A DNA stretch of 63,242 nucleotides, counting the filler, from Choristocarpus tenellus KU-1152 (taxonomy: Eukaryota > Protista > Phaeophyceae), in the NCBI GenBank assembly GCA_964200185.2. It is 11 parts of 11 records of this genome, joined end to end, with 100 filler letters (N's around TTAATTAATTAA, not from the genome) between each part and the next. Parts side by side here need not be neighbours in the genome. Positions count along the whole stretch, not along the records: positions 25,519 to 28,577 come from CAXNAD020022615.1; positions 28,678 to 38,652 come from CAXNAD020003229.1; 9 more parts are not named here. The stretch is one strand, 5' to 3'. The first letter of the stretch is position 1. The number at the start of each line of letters is the position of its first letter. Below the pieces are notes generated by a model. The model saw nothing but the letters and a program-made list of their open reading frames with translations. It made no database searches and had not been told where the DNA came from. A program made the position numbers and the translations under genes. Positions 26,369 to 38,652 of this stretch are shown piece after piece.

Positions 26369-27082
26369 TATTTTAAGATACCAATCACATACTTAATTGA
26401 TATTGTACATTTCCAATGTTCCGAAATCAACTTTGTTTGATCCTCAGGATTGGTGGGACCACCTTGAGATCCCACCGATCCTGAGAATCCATGCGTTACA
26501 TTTTTTTGAAGTTGTATGTCAGATTATATCCGTGATTTCTATTTATAAAAAAATCCAATAATATCAGTGATCTGTATTTTTTTAGATACCAATCACATAC
26601 TCAAATGACATTGTATGTTTCCAACGTTCAGCAACCAGAACGTCAAAAACAACTCTAACCCTCTCCATATATCTGTAGTACAAAATCTTACCAAATCGGA
26701 CATAGGGATTTCATAAACCCTAGAGACCACGTTTCACGCGTTCAAGAGTTTTCGCGGTCCGCGCGGATCGCGAATACTCTAAGAACCACCTTACACGGTT
26801 TTAAATAAACCCTAAAACCGGTTATAACCGTTCTTAGGGGTTTTTTTAATACCAAGAACGCACTTTATGGGTCTCACACGTTTTCAATTTTCAGAACCTA
26901 AAAGGACACTTCCAGCTGGTACTCACTATTTATTTAAATACTAAATCCACTTTTTTGGCGTCATTAGTATTCTTTAGTACTTGAATAAACTCTAGAGACC
27001 ATGTTTCGCGCGTTCAATAGTATTCGTGATCCGCGCGGACCGCGAATACTGTTGAACGCGCGAAACGTGGTCTCTAGAGTTT
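26369..27082. repeat. Array of palindromes and direct repeats upstream of the ParB-like gene
   Basis: ~53-bp direct repeat (26369-26421 / 26575-26629); hairpin 26439-26490; palindromes starting TAAAC(C/T)CTA at ~26714-26785, ~26806-26845 and 26987-27082 (96 bp, 4 mismatched pairs). Confidence 0.9.
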
Positions 27083-27427
27083 TTACAAAATTAGAATGAT
27101 ATTGTAGTCTTTACGTCAATAAATACAGATACAAACCACATCCTTCATTGATCTAATACGTTTGAAACATACGATAGCAAATAGGTCACAAAAAACACAG
27201 GTACACTCTCTCTCAGTGCAATAATAAATCGTACACTGTTTGATATTCATATTTTTTAAAAGAGAATCCTCATAAAAATTTGATAATTCTGAGTTTTGAG
27301 GATCTACATATCAGATGAAATAAAACTGCACCTCCCATCCCTTAGTCCTCATTTCAATTCATTCCTTTCCATAGATACCACACAGTCCTCTTAATTGTTC
27401 ATCCCCATCACCCTCCCAATCTTTGCC

Positions 27428-28327
27428 ATGTCCAACATTCCTTTCACAACCACCCACACGCTCGCCGATGATGCTGCCCACGGAGCGAGAATGTTGGACA
27501 GCAGTCACAAGGGCACGGCCAAGCTCGTAGAGCATCACTACCTAGGTCTGTACAAGATGAAACTCACAAACATCACATGCACAGAGGTGGTGCGTCCATT
27601 AAGCGAGCGTGGCCTTGCACGAGTGAGCAAATCTATAAAGGAGAAAGGCTGGCTGGAACAGTTTGCTCCAAGTGATGTCATCCAGAGAGACTGTTTAGAC
27701 AAATATCCATCAGCTCAACGCCGAGACTGTGCATGCCATTGAAGGGCGCGTACTGGACGGAAACCATGGAGTAACGGTGCTGAAGAGAGAGGTTGATCCC
27801 GAATGCGCTTTCACCATGCGGATCTACATGGAATTCAATCAAGTAGAAGAGAGACTAATTGCCAACAGTGGGTGATGGAGTGTTTTTGTTTTTTCATAAT
27901 CCCCTGACCGATGTGATCAACTAAGCAATAAATAAGTTGATTGTTTTCGTTGTTACATGGTCGCCTGATGACTATTCGGATGTACAAAGTTGTTGCCGAG
28001 TTTCCTTTGCCAGGTTCATCGACAGTCAGCACATTGTGGATCTTTTCATTGCTCGTCGTTTTTGTTCCTCGTGGTATTCCTGTCCACAGCAACATGTTGC
28101 TCAGTACTGCAGGCTGCGTGTATCCCGCGACCGTTCCCCACCTAACCCTTGTCCCGTTCGCCCACTGCACTACCATGCTTATAGCATTCAACGACGCGAC
28201 AGAGAGTGTGATCGAGCGCACGTTATATGATAAGATATATTTTCAGCACGAGCTCCAAGAAGCTATCAAGCGACAGACGAAGAAAAAATAAGTGTCACTA
28301 GCAGAGATCCGCATAATGTACCAAAAG
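27428..28327 (+). pseudogene. Spliced ParB/Sulfiredoxin-like (ParB N-terminal fold) gene, decayed; exon 1 ~27428-27867 (frameshift ~27710), exon 2 ~28186-28327 (in-frame TAA at 28289)
   Basis: 'VVRPLSERGLARVSKSIKEKGWLEQFAPS.VI' and, after the frameshift, 'GRVLDGNHGVTVL...RIY...EERLIAN|TFNDATESVIERTLYDK'. This matches the ParB/Srx pattern R...L..SI...G...P.V...(I/V)(I/L)DG.HR...N. Donor A|GTGGGT, acceptor ttatag|, next donor AAG|GTGAGA. Confidence 0.7.
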
Positions 28328-30509
28328 GTGAGAGAGTTCTACACATTGGTGGGATGGTCGCGCTCTACTCCTCCTCTGGTTGGGTTACAGCTGTTGCGAG
28401 ATCTCTCTGTGTGCTGCTATTCAACCTAAGTTGAGATAGTTATCCCGCGTTTAGATACCCTGTCAACCAGCTTTTTGATTTTCGAGTGACCATGTAGTAT
28501 GCATGTGTGGTTAACCACAGACGTGCAATAAAAAGCGTCCTTTATTGTTTTATTGACGGTGTTGCCTGAACCCCCCCNNNNNNNNNNNNNNNNNNNNNNN
28601 NNNNNNNNNNNNNNNNNNNNNTTAATTAATTAANNNNNNNNNNNNNNNNNNNNNNNNNNNNNNNNNNNNNNNNNNNNGGGGGAGGGGGGGGGGGGGGGGG
28701 GGGGGGTGGGGGTGTGGGGGCGTGGGATGGAGAGTAGGCGGAATGGTGGGATGGCGAAGGGGGTGGAGGACGATTGAGAGCGGATGGATTCCAGCACTGC
28801 TTCGCTTCCCACACTCCTCTCCATGGTGGCATAGTAGTGTTCAGGGCTGACAGGGGTACAACAAGTGGGGCACGGGATGGGATGTAGGGGTCTGGCACGG
28901 AGGTATAGTGCTGAGGCACTGCCCTGGTCCAGTGAGTGTGTGCAGGTGAAAGGGAGTACTGGCTGTTGAATCTCAGAGAAACAGATCGCAAAGTGTTCCT
29001 ATGTAAGCTAACGTGGTTGTTGGGATGGATGAGGGTTGGGGTCCCTGGTGGGGGAGGCTGGCCTTCGAAGCCCCATAATGTCTCTTATCACCTCCTCTCC
29101 TATGTGGGGTGTATTTGACCTTGGAAGTATCCTCCTGATACAGTGGAGTTCATCGATAATGCCCTTTTTTTTTAGCTTAAACTGACAACCAAATACTTGG
29201 TTGAAGACATCAATTATCCAAGTATACACTCATGTGACAGACATTTTTTGAAGTTTCAATTCAATTGTTGGAAAAAAGTATTTTTCTGGCGTACTACGAA
29301 GCTCATATGCAGGGATTACCCTTTATTGTTTGGACACGAGGACAAGAAAGAGTGTTTCCTGCATCTTACATCCTCAATATGATATGTAAGTTTTTTCCTA
29401 TTGTCATACGTGGATTTCTAGCTTCATGCAAGGTCCCAACCTCTTCGATTTGAGAGTGTTAACTTAGGAAGTTAAACAAAAAACTGATAAGAGATTGCAC
29501 GTACAAATGAAGGTCTTATTGTCGTACACGGTGAGTGTGTGTGAAGTTTGTGTTTGCAGGATCGGAGTTTACCTCTCTCAAAATCGTAACTAACAAAAGC
29601 AGATGCTATACATACCACAGAAAGATCTAGCTGCATTGCAGCTCCATGTGTGTGTATACACATTATGAATCACGGGCAATTTCATATGTGGTGTTTGATC
29701 AGACACTCAAGTAGCAATTTGCTCAAGGTGGTATACTTCTCTACTTGCCACACATGAGTTCCAAAGAAATCGTAACAATCTTGGCATTCCGTAAGGAACA
29801 AAATCAACACTTACCTTTTCTGCATAACTTTGTAACATTCTTGTCAGAGGGTGTGTGACCATAGATGTGCAAAGTTGTACTTATTATCTTATGCATACTA
29901 TATTGCAAAAATGCCACATGACAATCACTATTGATCTCACTCATCAACACACTCACAAACTGCTGTATTCCTAAAGTTTAGCACATGACAACCACTAACT
30001 ATCCTACTATTCAAAAGTCCACACACTAACCAATTGACTGCAAAATTGAACCGCACAACAACTGCTGGTTGATGTACCATAAATCTTGGTATTCTATCAC
30101 TGAAGCTTCATCGATATATATTTATTGAAGTACACAAACTCTACTATAAATAACACAATATATACTTCAATGCAGGTACACAATATATCTCAACCTAAGC
30201 TATCAGACTTCCACCTACTTTTATGGTATTATCCCTGTGCTCAAAATCGAAAAATGCTTCCATCTCTATGCAGTAACTAAACTCTTCCTGCATCATTCAG
30301 CACAAACTTAGCTATTATCAGTGCACAGCCTGAACGTGACGCCTACACAAGGGATAAAGGTAAACCTACCAACCTGCATCATTGATAACAACACCAATTC
30401 GCTATGCAAGGTAAAAGTATTAATAACTAACTCCTCTTTCTCAAGATTAGACTCCAAACACATCAATCTAACAACATGCACAGGTAACAAGGTAGAATCA
30501 AGAAGGGCA

Positions 30510-33500
30510 CTAGTCACAGTATCTGCGGAAGACGAAGTAGAACCACCTGTAAAAAAATAAACAAGAAAAAGTTCACAGAAAAAGCATGAGGTATTTCCTT
30601 GTGTTGGAGTTTTAGTGAAGGAGAGGGGCATCTATATGGGAGGTAGAAAAGATGTGTTGAAGGTGTAACAGTCTTGTGGTCTAAGGAATGAAGATTACTA
30701 CACATGAAATTCTTAAGACCTAGGTCTCTCACCTTAGCACCCCATTCGTAGTACCAGCGGCAGCAGCAGCAGCCCAGTGGTGGAGGTCTACTGACAGCTC
30801 CTCTATGTGTTCAGAAGAGGTGTGCTCAAGCAGATCATCCCTATGTTCCTTGATCACCTATTTATAGTTAAGGAATGAAGGTAGAGTGAGGAAAAATGAC
30901 AGGTTGGAAGAGCCTAGGTAAAACCTTTTCCCTGCCTCTCAACAAAGATTGTATATACATAGAAAATGTTGCAAATCTGTGCGATCCACTTCAACTTCCC
31001 TCCTACAAAACACATTACACGCATATCCTGCCAATTCAAGCACGGCAGAGGGTCCAAAAACATGAAATTTGGCAGGCAAAGTCACACCTCTAAGATGGTC
31101 TGGAAGTGCACAGCCATAGAAGCTGTCTTGTCGATGCACTCCACAATCTCTAACCCAGCACTCACAGCCATTGCACTGAACGACTCGGCACTCTGGATGC
31201 CAGACAGTTGGAGGCGAGGAAGGTCCAGATCTAGCTCTGATTGTTTCACCTGATTGAAGAAAAAGAAAAAAGAGAGTAAGGGAAATACCTTAAGGCAAGT
31301 ACTTTGGTAAGGGCAACGGGGAGGGGGGTACACGGGTTTAACTGCAAAGCTTTCATGTTCAAGAGACGAAGGGTAAACACGGTTGAATCATAAATACCCC
31401 ATACGCATAGGGAATATCTACCAACAGTGGAGAAACAGTGGAGAAGGAATGACAAAGTAGGTTTGGAACAGGCTACATGATTGGGGGCAGAATTACACAA
31501 GGCAACTCACCTTTGGGCCACACAAAATATTGGTGATTGCCAGAGTGCCCCCAGGTGCTAGGAGCCTGGCTGCCTCAGCCAGGGCCAGATGTACCTTATT
31601 GCCAGCATGGCATAACACGTCCTGTTTCAGTGTTTGTCAAGAGTAAACGTGAAACAAGGAAGAGTTCAGCATTTATGCAAAGACAAAAGAGATTATGACT
31701 AGACTTGGGCATATTATAAGAGCACACAAAAAGTTAACATTCGGCTATAGACAACCATATCTCTCCTCAACCCCTTTTATCTGCTCTTGATTTCTGTGGC
31801 ATTTCAGAGGTATTTATCTTAAACGTCAGGATTCAACCACTTAAACTTAAAGATGTCATATACATTCATATGAGATTACAATGAAAGTTTGAGCAACTTA
31901 ATCAGAGGATAAAAAATGGCTCCAAATATCAAATCCTTATTGTTGCCAACATCTCTCAACTTAACAGCCATACACTCACACCTTCCCAAAGACAACAGCC
32001 CTTGTACAAGGGCAATGAGCTTCAACTCCCAATCCTTACCTGTGAGAAGCACAGGTCAAAGGATGCTGAGGGGAGCTCTGTGGCAAAAAAACTTCTTTCT
32101 TCGACAATGTGGACAAGGTCACACAGTCCAGCCTCTGCGGTGAGACGTCGATTACATTCATTTGCCTCCTGAGAAAAATCAATGCAGGTCACATCGACCC
32201 CAAAGTTGGCTGCGGCATAACGCGCTCCTGCACCAGAACCAGAGCCAAATTCAACTGCCCGGGCATGTGCACAAGGACAAGCCTTAGAGAACAACAAGGC
32301 TGTGCTATCCTCACATGCCTGTTGAGTGTGAAAAAGTAGAAGATTATTACAGATTAACATGGTGAAGGAATGGCAAGATCCAAAGTCCAAGCGTACACAG
32401 TATTTCAGCTCAAGAGTTTGATATTACGATCAGTTCTAAACCTTACTTGCACCTATCACATACCACATTAGATGTCACAGGATCTGCTGGACTACTGATA
32501 GTACATCTTTCAACAGCAGGTGAGATAGAAAAGGTGTCAGATGCAAGGCACTAATCAGAGTATAAGTTATAAAAATCAAGGATTTAAAACATACCATTAA
32601 TGGTGTTTCTCACACCAGCAATGCTTCAATCACCTCCCTCCTGCATACACAAGTGCAAATGCTCTTCTTTCAACCCCAGAAAAACAGCAAAAGCACTAAA
32701 TGATCTTCATGGACCCTAAAGAAAGTGGCAGGACTCAAATCCATTGTGCTCATAGACACAGTGGAAATGTTAGAATATGATTTGTCTTGCCTGAATGACG
32801 CGCTCTACAGAAGGCATTTCAGGTTTTTTCTCATCGCCATAGAGTCCAATCTGCTGATGCCTTCCCCAAACCTCATTGAAGAAGAACTGGGAGAAGCTGT
32901 TCAGTGGAAAACAACCCCAATATCACCACCACCAGGCATAGAACAAATTTGTGGAAGACAGGAGTGAAAGGTGCAGATGAATGGGAAAGGTGAGTGAGGG
33001 GAAAAGAGAAGGGGAGAGGGAGTGGAAGAGTAGCGCTGATAATCAAATGGTCAAGGCTATCTCCAAAAACAGAGCAGAGACAGAAAAACATATGGAGGTT
33101 TGAGCTAAGTTGAGATTTGTAACTGAATCCTTGGTAAAGCAAGACAAGTACAACCACTTCTCATTATTCATTCGTTCACCTCAGTACTTGTTTGATCCTT
33201 GTACAGCAAGAAACACAAGTGCAAAAAAACACAAGTTTTAGTCTTCAGGAGTTGCAGTTTTACCACGAAGATTTGGACTTGATGTCAGTGCATTTAAAAT
33301 ATTGCACACAGTGTGAGACTTGTTATGTAAACCTGTACTACTTCATTTCAGTTTCAAAGGAATGCTTTAACTGTCCTTTTCTCCCTAGAAACAACTTGAT
33401 ACCAAAACAAAAGGACCCCCCAACTATGACACAGGTTTAAGTCAATCACTACATAGATTGCACAAGTTTAGAAGAACATTTTACCTGTCACTGGAAGGCG

Positions 33501-36500
33501 TGGTACTTAGAGGAAGGGTGGACAATTTGTGAGGAGAGTTATTTCCACCAGAGCAAGTGCATAGAACACCAACTCCAATCTCAGTGATGTCCAGGACATT
33601 AAAGCCATATTTCTCAAGAGTCTGAGAGATGATGGGTGTGAGCACAGAGGGGGTCAGATTAGGGCTACATAGTTCCCTTCCTCCAACAATTTTTTGTTGA
33701 GCTACTTGTAACATTGACTCATGCTGAAAGAGAGGTGCACTGCAGGGGGTATAGGAGAATACAGCAGAAACAAGCACAACCTAAGACTTGAAGTGTCCAG
33801 AATAGACAAAACATACACATGAACCTTATACCATACACCAAACACTGGTCCTAGCATACCCTATCCCTGTTTGAACTATTTTCTTCCATCTTTTGTATCA
33901 CTTCCAAACAGTTATAGTACATAGGATGAAGTGATTTCCTTGTCCAATATGTTCCCCCAAACAAGGGGGTATGAAGCTAACATACACCCCTGTACTCTTA
34001 ATTGAATCATTCACAGTCTCCCTCCCCTAATCCTGAATGAAAATACCATCCTCACCACTTGAGCCTCCTTCACAGTGCTCCACTTGGTTAGGTAACCATC
34101 AACAGTGCACAGTCTCCGGTTTTCAAAGTCAATTGCAGCACCTTTGATGGTACCACACAGAGCTGGCTGAGCAGAGTAGAAGTGCTGCAACGCTTCCCCG
34201 AAACTATTCCCGTTCCAGAACACAATCACAATTATTCCCTGTTCACCTGCTAAGTCCTTCATCTACAGGATAGAGACAGGATAGAGAGGGACCAAAGAAC
34301 AGTTGGAGGTAAAGAAAGAAGGAAAGTAACTTTCAGGATTTGTCTAATCTTGGTATGATACAAGCACTACTCCAGTTCATCAAGTACCACTCTGGGGGAA
34401 AGCCTCCTCTCTCCACAGGGCAGATGTTTTAGACAGGACCAGGGCGTTAAAAAGGAAAATACGATGCCTGCCACGTGCCAATTTACCAGATTTCCATCAA
34501 CTCATCACATGTTTGTTGAAAATGTTGCTCAAACAGTTCTACCCAGCTTACATATTCGTTAGCTTGTCAGTTTTCTACTTTTTCACCTCAACCTCTCATC
34601 ATCCAATTCACTTCCTGCTACAAACTGTAGAGAAAGTGTTTTAACAGCAAGCAAACATGGAAGACTCAAAAACCCCAGCCCACTTGACTACACAAACATT
34701 ACAGCACACACTCGGACCTGCTGGTATGCCTTTGGCTTGATATCCTCTGGGAAGACACCAAAAGTGTTGTTCACACAGGTTACGACAACTTTGTCCTGAG
34801 AAGCAGATGGCACATGCATCTTTACAAGGTCAACAAGATCTGCTGCACTCCCTGCACAAAAGGTTACCTGAGGGACAGCATAGTTGATTGAGGCAAGACA
34901 ACAGGAAAAAGATATTGAGCTTTGGGAACAAAGTGGAGAAAGGGTTGTGGTTGGGACTCAGCCTGGTAATAGTACTATGTAGGATTGTGTTCTAGGGCTC
35001 AGCATGTGTGTGGGGTTATGGATTGGCCAATACACAAGACCAACAGAGAAAAGACTCTGGTCGAACCCCACAACCAGGGGAGCAATGAAGGACAAATCCT
35101 ACTTCCTAACAATACCTGCACATTCCAATGCTGTCCAGAGATCCCCACGATTGCATGGGCGAGAACACCAGTTCCGAAAAAATTTGCTACCCATGGTACG
35201 CTGGCCGCCTGTGCCACACATACACAAATGACTGCCATACAATAAAATCCAGAGATGACAAAAACAGTCAGGGACGAATCCCAAGTACTCTCAACTTGAA
35301 ATCATTACCTTGTGGTTCCAACCAAATAAAGGAGGGGTAAGAAAAAGTGACCAAGAAGATATATGGGAGTGGGGGGAAGGCAAGTACGAGAGCAAGGTGT
35401 AGCAAGGGAAGTCATGGGGAAGGGGAAGTGCAGTGAGGGGAGGTATCCTCGGCAGGTCATAAGCATTAGGGATAAGAGCAATTGAAAGTACAATAATAGA
35501 GAGGTAGTAAAAGCAGTACTAATTAATAGACTTCATTTATACTCATGGCTGGCTTTAGCACACCTATAGTCAGTCAGTGGTTGATATTTTGACTTCCTTT
35601 GATCTTGTATGACTTCCAATATAAAAAATTTCACATTGATAGTATAATTGACCCTGTACGATTCAGTTTTTGAGATCGTAGAAGTGATAGAGGTAACCAG
35701 AGGGACTTTTACCATACAACCTCAAGTAAAAAGTCAGAAAAGGCTCCCAAGATCGGAATAGACTGAACACCTCGTGCCAAATATGGACTTCTTAGCTCTA
35801 AAACAAGTTGAACGTAACAAATTTTGGTGAAACCGACAAAGAGATGTTCTCATCAAATGGAAATATTGAATATTTGAGACTACACAGCTTCTTCCACGAA
35901 ATATAGGGATATTCCACTGATACCTCACAACCGACGCACCTAACTACCTTAACAAAAATACTTACGACACAAAATATTGACTTGGGGACTTGGAGCATGT
36001 GAAGGTTGACAGGCTTGGAGACAGTGTTGATTTTGGTAAGGTTAGTAACATAGTGCTTCCCTGTGGTCGCTCACCCTATTCTCAAGGTTCTTTGATAGTT
36101 GAAACTTGGCATACTCGATGAATTCTTGGTTGATGTCCAAGCCAATGCTCTGCCCGAAGTCCTTCGCCATACTGAGGATGACATCTCCAGTACCACAGCC
36201 TACCTCCACGTGAGTGCACCTGTGGGAATGGAAAACGATCGAGCGCTCACACCAGGGAGGAATCCTAGGCACCTTGGCAAGGGCAGAATGAACGCGATCC
36301 AACGAATCGACAACGAGGTAATTTTCGACTTGAGCAGTTCAGATCGTCGCACCTTGAAGGGGGACCGCAGTAAATTGCTGCCGCACGCTTGATGTAGACC
36401 TGCGTGTCCTTGAAGAGATTCCAAAAATAGCTTCCCTCAAAATATACTGCATCATGCCATCTGGAGTCGTCAGTACAGAAAAGCAATATCCACTCTTGTA

Positions 36501-36807
36501 AATCCACAAAAGGTGTTTTATACACTTGAAAGCTGTTAAAATATACGAAAGATTGTGCAGAGTTCATAATAGTTCAGTAGTACGGTGACTATTGTGCTCT
36601 GTCATCGAGAAGGGACAAGCTGCACCTCGCTGCTGCCATAGCACTCCAGTCGACCCTCCTCACAAACTCCGTCTTGACAACCTTAGTGTCATGAACATTC
36701 TTCTCGGAAACCTTGCCCGGAGTTTTCGTCGCAAGTTTGATATCAATCCTGCTATGTTTCCCTAGAGTTGCGGTGTTTGAGGGGTTCCCGATGTCAAAAG
36801 CCGGCAT
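30510..36807 (-). CDS. Two-domain class I SAM-dependent methyltransferase, ~582 aa (N-domain glycine/sarcosine-MT-like, C-domain sarcosine/dimethylglycine-MT-like); exons 36807-36626, 36460-36353, 36219-36075, 34867-34718, 34262-34056, 33621-33485, 32896-32791, 32318-32040, 31621-31511, 31249-31088, 30857-30733, 30546-30510
   Basis: Exons total 1749 nt in frame. Domain 1: VEVGCGTG, GLDIN, CVNNTFG, VFWNGN. Domain 2: VWG...IGLY, VEFGSGSGAGARYAA, CIDFS..ANE.N, FDLCFSQD..CH, EAARLLAPGG, W.YFVFRR. An additional 5' exon (ORF 37386-37051) is possible. Confidence 0.9.
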
Positions 36808-37431
36808 GGTATCAACCTTAGTGTTGTTTGAGGTGTAGGAAGGATTTGAGCGATAGCATATGTTGTTAGGATAGGTAGAGGGACCACAACATTCACAGCA
36901 TCAATCATCCAATAAAACTGAATCTTCAATATTCCTATATACCTCCAAATCAACAGTCAACACAAACAAAAAGAGAAATGGATAGTTGTGTCAGGGACAG
37001 ATTCCTTTTTTCGAATCTCTGATACACACACTAGTGCATAAGACGCGCGGTTATATGCAATTGCGCGCGCCAACCACGTCACAGTCCAACAAACCAACCA
37101 CACCCATAAGATCCGGATTTGACCAAACAGCAAAACGGACTGTCAGAACGAAGAACCACTCCGATCCTAACGGATCCATTTCTTTGCTGTGAAATTGCTC
37201 AGTCATTCGGGAAAATCTGTTGGGTTTTGAGGTTTTTGTTCTGTGCTGGATTTCTTCAACTGACTGAGATGTTGGGCCAAGATCTTTGATACCCGGTCTC
37301 ACCCTCTGAGGTGAGTTCACTCCAGTGATTGTGATTGCCCCCTTGAGCAGAGAACTTGGCACCTCTGACACTTCCACAGTTGGCATATTTGTTTAAGTAC
37401 CAACAAGACTAGTAATACAACCCTTTATTTC

Positions 37432-37855
37432 ATTATTATGCCCTATGACATTTTGCAGATGTGTCAGGGGGGAAACCTGCCTTTATTGAAATTGATCATT
37501 AGTTATGTACAATAAATGTGATTTTTGGGATGGAAGTGAAGAAGTATCAATGGTCGTCGAACCTTATGTGATGGAGGAAAGTACAGTGTCAAGTACAACA
37601 GAACAAAATGCCCAGAACACGGCAATGTCCACAAGCACCTACATGATGACGGCAGATTCAAAATGGTCTTGACGGAGCAGTTAGAATCTATGACATCAAA
37701 ACGAGTTTTTTACAACCGTCATACTGTTTTTGACGTTGCTAATCATAACCCTAACCTAATCCTATAAATCTCCTCTTGATATTTCATTACAGTTACCGCC
37801 TCTAATATTTTATTATTATGTCCTGACATTTTACAGATGTGTCAGGGGGGAAACC
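37432..37855 (-). mobile_element. Two copies (37432-37477, 37811-37855) of a ~45-bp stem-loop + (TAA)n unit; a third at 56911-56947
   Basis: Minus strand reads ggtttcccccCTGACAcatctgYaaaaTGTCA(G)..cATAATAAT. The first copy is flanked by cctttatt/cctttatt. Confidence 0.6.
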
Positions 37856-38088
37856 ACTAACATCGTTGTACATGAAGAATACCTACTACTATTCATACTA
37901 CCATCCTAACCATGTACCTGTTTCCAACCATGACACATCAGAAACTTGTTTTATGTGTATGACTTGTGGATGAAATCAAATTGTATTCGTTGCAAACTTG
38001 AACGGTGGAGGTTGGGTGTAGATCAATCTGACCTTGTCAACCCCATTATTTGGTGCGTAGTGTTGTTGAACACTTCTCTACATATACA

Positions 38089-38110
38089 TCCTAACCCTAA
38101 CCCTAACCCT
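38089..38110. repeat. Interstitial telomere-type (CCCTAA)n tract
   Basis: cctaaccctaaccctaaccct. Shorter TTAGGG/CCCTAA tracts also occur at ~22075, ~37747 and ~62687. Confidence 0.7.
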
Positions 38111-38352
38111 ATCTACATCACATATACCCCCCACCACCTATCAATGAATAAAACCAAGTTCAAAAAATAAAGATAAAGATTATATAATCTATTATATTGT
38201 TATGTAATATGTTATTGTTGTGTGAAGGAGAAGTTAAAACTAAATATATTGATCCTCATTCACTTTTAGGGGAGGGCGGTTCCGTTTTTACTCCGGTAAG
38301 CTGTGTTTTTTATTATGACTTATGACGTTTGCAGATTAATCAGAAAAGGTGT

Positions 38353-38652
38353 GTGTGAATCGTGTGATTCTGTGGCGGCATGGTTCACTCAGGCAAGGGT
38401 GGTGAAGAGAATTACCGGGCAAGACAGACCACACGAACAAGGACGAGCCGTGACCGAGGGTACGAGGTTAAGGTTGGCCAAGTAAGTGTAAACCTAGGAG
38501 TGATGAGCAACATCAAAGATGGGGCTTCATCACCATCAGTCAAGACGTGGGAATAAAGTGGATCTTCCATGTGTGACATTCTGACAGAAAGTCTGTCAGT
38601 GAAATCATGGACTCTTCACTGGGAACCTCAATCGGTACCACGGTATAACGGT
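38353..38652 (+). mobile_element. Partial copy of the TIR element at 57053-57522
   Basis: Shares gtgaatcgtgtgattctgtggc...ggttcactcaggcaagggtggtgaagagaat and aagatggggcttcatca...gggaacctcaat.ggtac with 57210-57480. Confidence 0.8.

Noticed and set aside
38089-38110. True telomere
   Set aside because: Only ~3.5 units, internal to a contig, and similar short tracts are scattered through introns.
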